This document shows positions 50,798 to 62,333 of a stretch of DNA of 64,000 bases, piece by piece; positions within the stretch are counted from its first letter, which is position 1, and each line of letters begins with the position of its first letter. Source of the DNA: Diadema antillarum (taxonomy: Eukaryota); contig NW_027270961.1 in assembly GCF_040938485.1 (NCBI RefSeq), forward strand, positions 3,782,001-3,846,000, written 5' to 3'. A model generated the notes under the pieces. It did not search any database, was not told where the DNA came from, and worked only from the letters and a program-made list of their open reading frames with translations. A program made the translations under genes and the position numbers.

Positions 50798-51139
50798 TTA
50801 GACATTGGAGTCGCTGCTGGAGTACGGGGGCACACGGGAAGAGATGGAGTTGCTGCTGGTCCCCTTCGGGGTGTTCAGAGCCTCCAGGCCAGCCAGATTG
50901 AGGGAGAAGTTGCCCCTGAGGGCGGTGAAGACTTGGCCGAAGGACTGGAAGAGGGGATCCAGGGTGGAGCGGACCAAGATGCGGGACAGGATCTCCACAA
51001 GCCTAGTGACCTGGAAGATCACCTTGAGGAACGGATTGACAAGCCACACCATGGTGAAGTTGAGGGTAGCAAACACCAGGCCCCATGCAACAGCCAGGGT
51101 GGGGCCCAGGAGACCCACCAGGAATGTGTAGAAGGCCCT
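50798..51139 (-). CDS. CAV: Caveolin exon 4, intramembrane hairpin and C-terminus (RAFYTFLVGLLGPTLAVAWG...SSSDSNV*)
   Basis: ctctccctcattcccacag|AGG acceptor; TAA at 50800-50798; 342 nt. Confidence 0.92.
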   Translation of the reverse strand, partial: RAFYTFLVGLLGPTLAVAWGLVFATLNFTMVWLVNPFLKVIFQVTRLVEILSRILVRSTLDPLFQSFGQVFTALRGNFSLNLAGLEALNTPKGTSSNSISSRVPPYSSSDSNV

Positions 51140-52130
51140 CTGTGGGAATGAGGGAGAGAGGAGGATGGGAGGTGGACAGAATTAATGGGAATTCATCATC
51201 TACCTGGCAACAACACATAACGGCCATGGGAAGCTGTGGAACAGGACTAGGCACATTGAAGGTGACTTGGAGACTTGGAAACGGTAAAGGCATACTGGCT
51301 ACAAAAGGCACATGGACAAGGGCATATTCAAAGGTGCATATCACATGAAATGATTGATTTGTATGCCTTTATGCTTGTATGAATTCAGGTTGTGAAAGGA
51401 CTCTTTATCATGCTTGTCTTAAGAATCACATAAAATCATAATGAAACCATCTTAATCTGTGTCACTGCGAGAACAATTTGGGGAATAGGTACTTTCCCAC
51501 TCAGCATACGAAGTGTTCTTGACAGGCAGTGTCTAACAACTTCATTCAAGGCATTTTGACTGCTTCATAAATAAACAATGTGACAGTTGTTAAGATGATG
51601 AAAATATAATAAAGTACTATGCAAATGCAACATATTATCCTCATCATCATCATTGCAACACAATTTCTATGATCAGTTACCATGGTTATACGCCTATGAT
51701 CAGCTACCATGGTAATGCTTGAATATATAGGGTGTGGTTAACATATCAACATATTTGGTGACTTCTACCACAAACCTTCCATGAAAATATGTGGTAATCA
51801 AATGATTGTTTGTTTTTTCCTTATGACTGATTTACATGTATTCATCTGTTTCAATGAAATAAAATTGAACTTGTATCAAATTATCTGTAATTTTTTATTT
51901 TATTTTAGTAATACAGTATATGTATATTTTTCATTTTTGTAAAATCATTTGTAATTCAGCCTCTGGCTGCGATCAATGATTTGTTTAATAAAGATACCAT
52001 TAATAATAATAATAGTAATCACTTGTCAATTCTGATTATTTGAACTACAAAATTTAGGGAACAAAATTTCTGCTTTCAATTAAGTATATAATCTCAAGGC
52101 AAAAAGCGTATAAAAAGAAATGGGACTTAC

Positions 52131-52223
52131 CGATGTGACTGAGTAGATTGTCTTGTTGAACCTCCAAACAATGTCAATACTCTCAGATCCTGGAGACTCT
52201 TGGAAAGTTTCAGAAAAGTCAAC
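52131..52223 (-). CDS. CAV: Caveolin exon 3, signature/scaffolding region (VDFSETFQESPGSESIDIVWRFNKTIYSVTS)
   Basis: cttttgttttcag|GTT acceptor, TCG|gtaagt donor; 93 nt. Confidence 0.9.
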
Positions 52224-52865
52224 CTGAAAACAAAAGCAGATATGAAACAAAGCATCACTCTTGATGTCTTCCTTCAGAGAATACTCACCACAATGTAAGT
52301 CAGGTAATGATTCTATTTCAAAAAAAAAAATAGTATTTGTTTCATACAGATACAGAAATAAATGTTTAGACTGAACTTTAAAGGGAAAGTGTGGTCAATG
52401 GATATATGAGTGATTGCATGTCATGCAGTGTTCTGCACACTGTTTACATCATCAGAAATTTGTTCATGTACATCAGTTGTAGACACTTCAAATCATAAGA
52501 CTATGACAGCCTGTGAGCAGACATGTCAAAACAACTGATTTATCAATACCAGCAATGTGTATCATTTCAAGGCAAGTAGATTTTACAGAATGGTACACAA
52601 AGAATTTAAGTTGTTGTTTTGCTATGGTATGGTTTATTTGTGAATTCTCATTTGCAGCTTTTTTTTTTCTTTCCTGAAATAAAAATATTGTGATTTGATA
52701 CAAACAAGAGGAGTTTCAGCTAGTTTCTGAGCAAATGAGAAATGAGATTTGTACTAACAAGCAACTTTTAGATACAAGTTTTTTCATCATTAGGTTGGCT
52801 TGGTTGGCTGTAATCTCTATAAACCTATTAGTTGAGGTTAGGTAATTGCTTGTTCCATTCCTTAC

Positions 52866-53104
52866 ATTCACATTGGGCCTCAGGGAGCACAGATCCGTGT
52901 CGTCGTACTTGGCCGTCTGCTTGGCAGGCTCAAAGGCCCCATTGCAGCAGGGCCGCTTGGCGGGCACGGGCGGCTCACTGGGCTGATTGTACAGGGGGTA
53001 GTAGCCTCCGCTCTGGGCCACCAGAAAGGTAGCGGCCGGAGAGGCAGCATGAGTCTGCTCTTGACCGGGCTGGGGGGACATGTTGAGGCTTAATTGGTGC
53101 TTTT
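52866..53104 (-). CDS. CAV: Caveolin exon 2 (KHQLSLNMSPQPGQEQ...GGYYPLYNQP...KRPCCNG...YDDTDLCSLRPNVN)
   Basis: ctctttacactcaag|AA acceptor, AAT|gtaagg donor; 239 nt; ORF 52716..53081. Confidence 0.82.
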
Positions 53105-53542
53105 CTTGAGTGTAAAGAGATCAAGATAAAGAGGAAGATATAAATCATATTTGACTCAAAACGAATAATCATCTATCGTTTAAAATCTATTTCACCACTG
53201 GTAATAATCTAAACAGAATATACTTAACTCCAGTTCAATTGCTTATGCCTGACTAAAAAATCTATTTATCTCGCAAATGAAATATTCTGAGAACAATTAT
53301 ATCATTTATAAACAGTCTTAAACTCTTCTGTGTCTAATCCGAAAATACTTATATCACAAGATCGATTGATATGAAATATTGGGTCAGAGAGACCAAGCGT
53401 ACTACATTTGCCTTTAATAGCATATGGACAATATAGCATTTTCAAAGTAATCATTCCTAAATGAAAAAGAAAAATCTATTCTTCTTCTGGTTTATTGCAA
53501 AAACAAAAATCATACATAAAATTCACATGTACATCAGCTTAC

Positions 53543-53585
53543 CTTCAGATGCAGAAAGCGCCTGCTGCTGAGATGTAGTAGTCAT
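53543..53585 (-). CDS. CAV: Caveolin exon 1 (MTTTSQQQALSASE)
   Basis: gccacagcaATG context; donor GAAG|gtaagc is phase 1 and reads in frame into exon 2 (EKHQLSLNMSPQ). Confidence 0.7.
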
Positions 53586-54444
53586 TGCTGTGGCCGAGTC
53601 TGTGCTCTAATCTCCACTGATATAGCGCAATTAACTTGGAATTTGAACTTCTTATCAAGTGCTTTTTGATCACATGATCAAATTTTATGGCTTCGGACTG
53701 TTCCACTGTAATCTTTCCACAGGGGTAGTTGAGCTTTGCTTTTGTCATTTTGCTTGATATCTTGCTCAAATTAAGTCAAAATTAAGACTTTATTTCAACC
53801 CTAGAGTTTCATCAGCTAAAGTGTTACATGTGAGCTGAAACACAATTCCACTATCTTCAAACACACGACATACGATAAACTATTCCCTATCACCTAGAAC
53901 TTATAGCACAATTTGTTCTATAGTAGACTAGCCTATGACGTCATTTTCTGACGGTAATATCTCAGCTATTTTGGGAGTTTGTTGTAATGCCCTGAAGACT
54001 GTGCGCCACTCCATCCAGCGGGTACCCAAGAAGTCCGGATACAGGAACTGAGACGTAAACTAAGATGTTGTTATCAGCTTTGGTCTGAATTTCCCGGTCA
54101 ACCTTGGACATATGTTTGCTCTTACTAGTAGAATGTCCAAATGTGTGTTCTTGGAAGCAAATTAAAGGACTCCATCAGAAGCTTCACAATGTTCAAAAAC
54201 TTGCTGCTTAGTTTCTTTGTGAGCATGCTATCAATTAAAGAATAAATCCACATGAAGGAAAGTCAGACAGGTCATCGATTAGATAGAAGTTTGTTACCCA
54301 TTAAAGAAATTTCCATCACTAAATAAGCCAATAAATTGTTTCTGTTTTTGTTTGCATACAAATAAATGTAAAACTATTCACACAAATTTAAAAACTCAAA
54401 TAATTCCTAGATAGCTTAAACAGAATATTTTCATAGTATTCTAG

Positions 54445-54570
54445 TTGGCTCAATAGATAATACCCTTGGTTCGAGTCCACAAGTAGCAGTGGTTGTGCCC
54501 TTTTAAAAAAGCACTTTATCCCTGTTGCCTACCCATTTAGAGGTGACTTTCATCTGTCAGTTCCATAGTA
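54445..54570 (+). mobile_element. Degenerate tRNA-derived SINE fragment
   Basis: B-box GTTCGAGTCC (54469-54478), then gcagtggttgtgccc...agcactttatcc, similar to the body of the SINE at 10075..10325. Confidence 0.5.
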
Positions 54571-55444
54571 ACTTTCTCATTAATCTTCATTTCCACAGAG
54601 GCCAAACAAATCTAATCAAAAACAAAATGGAATACAAAGCAAATTTCTTGAAAAATATTGCATGCACCTAAATTTAGCTGTCAAATGAAATGCTAAATTG
54701 CTGCAACACTCCACTTCTATGGTTTAATTCTAAAGGTTCAATGCCCCATCCACACACAGTGACTTACATACATAATTTATCCAGACACAGTTCATGCAAC
54801 AATTAAGTTTATTGCAAGGATATTAGGTAACTGTAGTACAACTGATTTTAGTTCTTTTCAGGTCTCTAATTTATCAAATATTCCTTTCTGTTGGTATTAG
54901 TCTGACCATTTTACACAATTTAGAGGGGAAGAGTGTGAAGAAATAATTCACCATCAAGATGGCAGAGGTTGAATGGATCACAGACAAGTTTGATAATGAC
55001 GAGAGGCTACAGATAAGTACTGTCCGACTAACAGCTGATTACCCAGTACATCCTTTGCTGTACAGACCTAACAAGTTTCATGCCTATATGTGAGTCAGTG
55101 CCACTCCCCAGCATCCCGTCTCACACTCACCCACCCAGCATTCATTTTCTCATGCTTTCCATAAAGAAGACTAGGAAAGAGACATGGTAGGTAGATCAAT
55201 GATAAATAGTGGATGAGAAGCTCGCACTTATGCTGAACTGAGTACTGTAAAAAATTTTTTCGTTTTCTTCATTGGCTGTAGGATACCTACATGGCTGTAT
55301 CTTACAGCTATTCTCAGCTATGAGCATTATGCGAGTAGAATTGTATCAAAAATATGAAAGTGTCCATCAAATTGTACAATATCTAATCCAACAAGGCAAG
55401 TGCCAAAATGTGTCTCACCCACAAATGCACCACAACACATTTGT

Positions 55445-56584
55445 AACTAGAAATGTCGCTATGGCGACTGGTATGCCTCCGCCATAACGCATGATTCTCC
55501 TAATAGGTCTAGATAGTACATGTGGACAATGTGTGATTACATTTTCACAAAGTTGGCAAAATATTGAAATGACAAGTTTGTCAAAAATGTGTTGAATGTT
55601 CACCTTCCTTGACCTAGGTTTAATTGGATGAATAGGAGAGCATGTATTTGGGGATTTAAGGACTTTAACTTGACTTTGACCCATTCATACATTTATGCAT
55701 TGAGTAATTAATTTTCAAGGTACCGGTATGGAGAAAAGGTGCAATTTCTGTATTGAATAGTAAATTGTTACCATTTTCATCTGGCCTTTGACCCTAAGAT
55801 AATCACTTTCAGGTAGAACATGCATGAATATGTAGTAAGTTTCAAGACAACTTGAGACACTTCTGAGATATTGAGGGAAAAGTAAGTTCAGCACTTTCAC
55901 TTGATCTTTGACTTTTTGACCTTTGAGGCAAAAAAAGAGAAAAAGAAAAAAATTCAGAGAATTTCTATTAGGTTACACATGCATACACCAAGTGTAAAAA
56001 AAATTAATCCTGCTGGCATTGCATAAACATGAGGGAAATAGTAAAATTTTGAAGTGTTGCACTTGACCTTTGACGCCTGACCTTTGACCCCATGAACCCT
56101 ACATTCTCTAGATAATCACTGCCAGTCAGTACATGTATATACTATGTTCCATGAAGATACCTTTAACAATATTCCAAGGTACGGAGAAAAAAAAAGAAGT
56201 TTTAACATTTTTACTTGACCTTTTGACCTTTGACCTTTGACATCATGACCCAAACTTTCACCAGAGAATCCTAATTGGGTAATACATGCATACACTAAGT
56301 TTCAAGAAAATATCTTCAGGCATTGCATAGATATGGTGGAAATAGTGAAATTTTATGTATTTGACCTTGACCTTTTGACCTTTGACTTTGAGCATGTGCA
56401 CCCAAAAGTTGATAGGCACAACTTCACCCCCTAATACACATACATGCCAAGTTTCATGAGGATACCTCAACAGGTTTTGATAGTTACCTTGTCCACAAAA
56501 TTCATTACGGACGGACGGACGGACGGACGGACGGACAACCCGAAAACATAATGCCTCCGGCACCACTTCGTGGCGGAGGCATAA
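55445..56584 (+). mobile_element. Non-autonomous Helentron-type element (HINE/pearl-like) with internal ~150-bp tandem units
   Basis: 5' hairpin gtcgc-tatg-gcgac (55455-55468); subterminal inverted repeat tatgcctccgcca (55472-55484) / tggcggaggcata (56571-56583); 3' hairpin atgcctccg...cggaggcat; (GACG)n at 56507-56536; repeated tgacctttgacc units. Confidence 0.75.
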
Positions 56585-56840
56585 ATATCTAACTTTGATT
56601 GTTATATAAATGTGGAACCGAATCACAACAAAGTGTTCGAACAAGAGCTTTGTAAAACAAGAATTATTTGCAAAGAAAATGGCCCCAAAAAAGAACATGG
56701 AACAGCATATTTCAATAATTGTGAAAATGCCATATGGTTGACAAAAAATGGTGTACATACAATTTGATTGTTAAAAAGAACATGCTCGGAAAGAGAGAGA
56801 GAGAGAGAAAAAAAAAAACTATTAGGTATGAACACAGTCA

Positions 56841-57545
56841 AACTTAACATTGGCCCCCTGTAAGTTTGTTGAACCCTGTCTGTGACCTTTGACCTTGTGG
56901 TGATCTTCAACTCCCCAAGAGACATCTACCACCAAAGTTCGGTCGCAAACAGTCCTACCGAGCAAAAGTTATAAGCCATAATTGAAACATGCCGTAAAAA
57001 CTTAACATTGGCCCCTAAGATTAAGTTCACTGACCCCTGTTTGTGACCTTTGACCTAGTGGTGACCTTAAACTCCCCAAGGGACACCTACCATTTACGTC
57101 TGGTTACAAACGGACATTCCAATCAAAAGTTATGAGCCATAATCGAAACACGCCATAAAAACTTCACATTAGAGCCTTAAAGTTCATTGACCTCTGCTTG
57201 TGACCTTTGACCTTGTGGTGACCTTCAACTCTCCAAGGGACACCTACCATCCAAGTTTGGTTACAAATGGACATACAAATCAAAAGTTATGAGCCATAAT
57301 CGAAACGCGCCGTAAAAACTTAACATTGGACCCTTCAAGTTCGTTGACCCCTGCCTATGACCTTTGAGCTCAAGGTGACCCTCCTGTTTGGTAACAAGTG
57401 TAACTTTGCATAATCACCTTCAATCCAAGTTTGACTGACATTGAAGCACTCAGTACAAAGTAATTTAAGTTTTTGTAGCGCTAGGGACGGACAGACGCCG
57501 CAGGCAATCCCTTAGTCTCCCCTCACCTCTGGTGGGCTTGACGAA
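56841..57545 (+). repeat. ~159-bp tandem array (about 3.5 units) ending in a ggacggacagacg...gtctcccc HINE-like 3' end
   Basis: Unit start aactt(a/c)acatt at about 56841, 56999, 57160 and 57317. Confidence 0.8.
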
Positions 57546-59268
57546 AATGGATCCTAAAAATGGGGAAGGCCAAGGGGAGGGATGAAGAGGGGATAGGAGG
57601 GGAAGGGATGGGAGGGGGAGGGGTAGGGGGAGGAATCCCCTCCACTTCGCTCCCTTTGGCTGCTTCGCTAAATCGCAGTTTCTCACTCCCAGCCAGTTGA
57701 GAAGCTTCGCATCTCTGGTTGTATCACTTGTATAAATGACATCAGAGATCTTTGGAATGATATGCCTGCCTCTGAAGCATCTATCACAAAACTCTTGAAT
57801 GTCCTCTTGTGAGCATCTACCCTGTTATCAGCACAGTACATCCATTGTGATAGTATCTCACAATGCAAGTAATCCAACACTGATCTTTTTTTTTTTAACT
57901 CACCTGCAAATTTATGCAAGCTAAGAATGACTTAGCATATGATGCCTGGAAACCAGTTAGCATAAATCACCTTGCCTTCAGATTTGCATCAAATCCAAGA
58001 TCGCATACAGTGGTGACTTACTTTTGCATTATTATGATAAATAGCATTCTCACTCATTCACATCCTGTTTCACTTTGCAGGTACATCAAAACTCCTGACT
58101 TGTAAGCCATAGACTACAATGGCTAGAACTGAAACAAATGCATACTGGCACATCAACCCATGTCCAGTATTGACCTTTACAATCAACATCAGTCAATTGG
58201 AGTCATCTTTTTTCTGTTTTCTTTTTTGTCTCATTTCAAGTTCAATTCATTTTCATATTTCTCATGAAGATGGCTTGGAAAAAATATATACAATACCAAA
58301 CTTACAAAATATAATTCAGGTGAAACTTCACCTGAATGTACAACAGTCTGTCTCAATATAAAACACAAAGGTCTGTTTGCAGTAGTGTTGGATTATGTTC
58401 AAAGTCCGAGGAAAATTATTGGGCCTACATAAAAGCAAGCTTGTTCAGTTATAAGTCTCACTCTTGAGTCTGAGTGTAGAAGTTGACATTATCTCCATTC
58501 CGATCTTCATGTCTTTCCCTGAGCGAGCTAAAGAGACCTGTACCATTATCAAACTGTAGATGGAGCTCTTTCATACTCCCTCCCTTCATGCATTGAATGT
58601 TGGTAATGAATATAATGCACACACTCATATCAACAGATTCTGGTAATTTGACTTGGAGAACCAAAATTAGCTGCTGGGCCTAAAATGGACTATTGAGACT
58701 AAGTGTAATCCATATGATTATGTCATGTGGTGATACCTTGCTCAGCATGAACTAAATGCATGAAAACTGGATTGCAACTATTGAACTGCAGGCCTACTCA
58801 CCAGGAACAAGTTAATAAAATGGCTTGATAGGTACTAAGGGAACAAAATAGCCACGACCTCTAATGTATTATCATTTAATAAACTGGTCTATTGAGACTA
58901 TTCAATGCAAATGCCATCAGCCATCATGATGATGCCATGCTTAGTAAGAAATAAGGAAAGCAAAAGGAATACATAGAGTGAAATTGCTTAAGACGGCCTT
59001 AGGGAACAAAATACCCAAAACTTTTACTGCATTATATTAAGTAAATAGTAAACTGGTTAATTGAGCTACACTGTATGCAGATGTCACTGCGGTGATACCT
59101 TGTGCATCTCCCTCCCCTGGAAGAATAGGTCACTGGAGATAACTTACAATCCTTTAAATGCCAGAAAATGGGTGCATCCATATTTTTTTTTTTGCCAATT
59201 TCAATTTGTGTTAAAATTTGTTTATTTGCTTCTAAGGAAGCAAGCATGCTGGTAAGCAGGCAACCATG

Positions 59269-59503
59269 TAGTCCAGATACTGGACGATTTTAATCGTCCG
59301 CATTCCCCACTAACACACGCATACACAATGCATGCACCCACACACAATGCGCCCAAACGCTGATTGCGACACTCCACCAATTGATACTCCCGAAAAAATG
59401 GGAGGGGTGAATTGTGTAATACAGTGTACATACAGACACCATGAACGTACGTCCGTACGTATGCGGGTAGACTGCATACGAATACAGTCCAGGAAGTGGA
59501 CTA
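59269..59503. mobile_element. 235-bp TIR element with a perfect 9-bp target-site duplication
   Basis: gcaaccatg|tagtccagatactggacg ... cagtccaggaagtggacta|gcaaccatg. Confidence 0.8.
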
Positions 59504-60063
59504 GCAACCATGGGACCTATGGCTTTAGGTCTCCTCCAACTTCAAAACAAAGATTCTATCAATGATATTATCCGCAAATCATTTCCAAAGTACTAAAAAC
59601 ATTACTATGAATAATGATTAACAAAACACATTGGAATGAACCTTTCCCCAGACTACAATAATTTGCCTAATTACCAAAACTTTAACATTGCAGGGAAACA
59701 TGTAAGCTATGTTCAGTGAAGGAGAAGGTACATTCCAATGTCTTTTGAAAATCATATCAGTAGGCCTATACTTTATAGATGTACCTAATTTAGCAGTGAC
59801 TGACTGATGTTATGGACAGAATCTTGGTTTAGATGTTTGTTTGTTTGTTTGTTTATTTGTTTGTTTGCTTTTGGGGGGAAGGGGCATATCCAACTAACAA
59901 AGAATCGGAAGAAAAAATAGAGTAGAAAATCATTATGAAATATGGTTATGGCATATATTTAGACATTCTTTTAGCCATATAGTAATAAGTCACTAGTGAT
60001 GACCAGGGTATCATCAACCAAGCAATAGATCTAGTCAACATCATCTGCATTGTGTAGCCCCTT

Positions 60064-60332
60064 TTAAAGGGTGTGTACAGTTCTGGTTGAGGTGAGGATA
60101 TAGCTTTTAACGTTTTGCGCGATATTCAGAAACCACTCTATGTGGTTGTCAAAGAGCATGCAATTCTAAGGGGTATCAAAAGTTTACTTGATGAAAATCC
60201 GTTTTGAAATGGTTGAGATATCCAAAAACAAGGTGAAACAAAGAGATCCTAATAAAAGGCGTGGCCTGTCGCCTTTTATTATTATCACTTTTTTGAATAT
60301 CCCAGCCATTTGAAAACCAATTTTCATCAAAT
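60064..60332 (+). mobile_element. 3'-truncated copy of the 35035-family MITE
   Basis: ttaaagggtgtgtacagttctggttgaggtgagg...; similarity stops at ttttcatcaaat, where an unrelated repeat (gggcaattccacgg) begins. Confidence 0.78.
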
Positions 60333-61173
60333 GGGCAATTCCACGGTATGTAGGACACAGATGCCGAAAATTGAAAATGATATTTGTTTCAAACACCATA
60401 CATTTTCAGACAGTACTTGAGGTGAAGTTTTAAGAATCATTATGTTTTTCAATAAAAGCGGCCATTTTGATTTTCACAATGAATGGCTGCCAAAATAAGC
60501 CTATAACTCAATGGTAAGAAAGAGTGTATTGTCACATAACTTACTCTCTGTATACCCACTCTACTAGTAGTCTATAACAACAATCTTTCACATGTATGCA
60601 GTTACCAGACAAGTTTTTTACCACATGATAGAAAGAAAAAGCTGGTTGCGTTAAAGAATTTTATAAAAACTTTTAATAAGTTTGACAATGATGGATGTAA
60701 CGTCAGTTACCAAAAGCAAGGAATTTTTAACTTTATTCATCAAAGAAAGTGAGTTGTATGATGTAACTTAGGATTTATAATGTACATGTATGCCCATATG
60801 CCTTCCTTTCAATACCAGAAATAAGGATACTTGGCATACTGGAGAGTCAAAATGAACACATCAAAATATGTAACGTCAGTTACCGAAACATCATATACAG
60901 TACCAGTATGTAACGTCAGTTACCATGACAGTAATTATAACTTAGGCAAATTTTTTGACTTAAGGCCATTTCAATACATCTGGGAAGTCAAAGGTTATCA
61001 AAAAAGAGCAGCAATCCCTTTGATAGGGAATGATGTCTCACCATGTTTTGTCCATGGATACATTTTTTTTTCGTTAATTTTATTCTATTTTAAATATTTA
61101 TTCATTCATTTATCATAATTATCTTTTTTTTTGGGGGGGGGGTTGAGCTTTTGATTTTCGGTTCAGCACAAGT

Positions 61174-61751
61174 TTAAAGGACAAGTTCACCTTCATAAAC
61201 ATAAGGATTGAGAGAATGTAGCAATATTAGTAGAACACATCATTGAAAGTTTGAGGAAAATCAGACAATCCGTTCAAAAGTTATGAATTTTTGAAGTTTT
61301 TGTGCAGTAACCGCTGGATGAGAAGACTACTGCAGTGTATGAATAACTTAGATTTCACATGCGTACAACAATATAAGGAAAATATAAAGACAATTTCACA
61401 CAATTCCATCTTTTGAAAAAAAGTACACATTCCCTTGACTGGTTACTGACAAATGTTATGGGTAATATTATTCCCCCTGCCTTTAGAAAGAGGCAAGTCA
61501 AGTGCTCTTTTATTATGCGAAAAAAGTGAAAATATGTTGAATTTTCTTTTACATTTTCTTTATACTGTTGTACACATATGACTCACAAGCTGTAGTAGTC
61601 TCCTCATCCAGCGGTTCCAACACAAAAATTTTAAAAATTCATAACTTTTGCATCGATTGTTCAATTTTCCTCAAACTTTCACTGATGTGTTCTACTAATA
61701 TTGTTGCATTCTCTCAATTCTTATGTTTATGAAGGTGAACTTGTCCTTTAA
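61174..61751. mobile_element. Intact 578-bp TTAA-flanked MITE with long near-perfect TIRs
   Basis: ttaaaggacaagttcaccttcataaacataag at both ends in inverted orientation. Confidence 0.88.
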
Positions 61752-62333
61752 GGTAAAATCATCTGGAAGTTTAGGTTTACCACATGTAATAGATATGCAC
61801 TCAAATTACCATACAGTACATTCACAGTCCTACGGGATGATAAAGCTACTAAAGTTTGTAGGCCTAATCAATGATGTGGTTGCATGGTAACCACCTTTTT
61901 CTACTAAAAAGCTTGTATACAGCTGTATACCAACAGTTTTATAATCTTTGGTAATGATTACTTTTGCTAGCATTTTTCATTTTTTTTCTGGTAGCCTAGT
62001 GAAGTTTCTACCTCAAGGCAAATGTAGGAACAGATATTCTTCGCTTGCACTTAAATGTGTGGTTTAGTTAATATGGCACACCTTGAAATGGTACATAGAT
62101 AAGCAGGCCTGACATAAGGCATGTACTGTCATCAGTGGCGTATGTAGGGAAAACGGCGCCCGGGGCAAGCGCTCAAATTGCGCCCCCCCCCCCCATTTCT
62201 GAAAAAGACTAGTGTTCAACCCCAACCCGATCCCGGTAGGGACTTTAAGCAAAGTCCACATGATTTGTTATGCTTTTCAAGCCCTTAAAACGGGTCTCTT
62301 AAGGGTGATTTAAATGTAATGAATTTTGATAAA

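Larger units (their letters stand above)
50798..53585 (-). other. CAV: Gene model span: caveolin-family protein, 4 coding exons, 238 aa
   Basis: Exons 53543-53585, 52866-53104, 52131-52223, 50798-51139 (717 nt) join in frame. VDFSETFQESPGSESIDIVW aligns with [20 protein letters not shown], followed by the hairpin GLLGPTLAVAWGLVFATLNFTMVWLVNP and LDPLFQSFGQVF. Confidence 0.9.

Noticed and set aside
50786-51348. Plus-strand ORFs of 121, 108 and 87 aa and minus ORF 51003..51344
   Set aside because: Shadows or alternative frames over GC-rich caveolin exon 4.
53545-53769. 74-aa minus-strand ORF overlapping caveolin exon 1
   Set aside because: Stops just before the donor, is out of frame with caveolin and shows no homology; at most a uORF.
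56841-57480. Regular repeats as a possible CRISPR array
   Set aside because: Units are ~159-bp whole-unit tandem copies with no unique spacers, in a eukaryotic context with no cas genes; the same applies to the 258-bp array.
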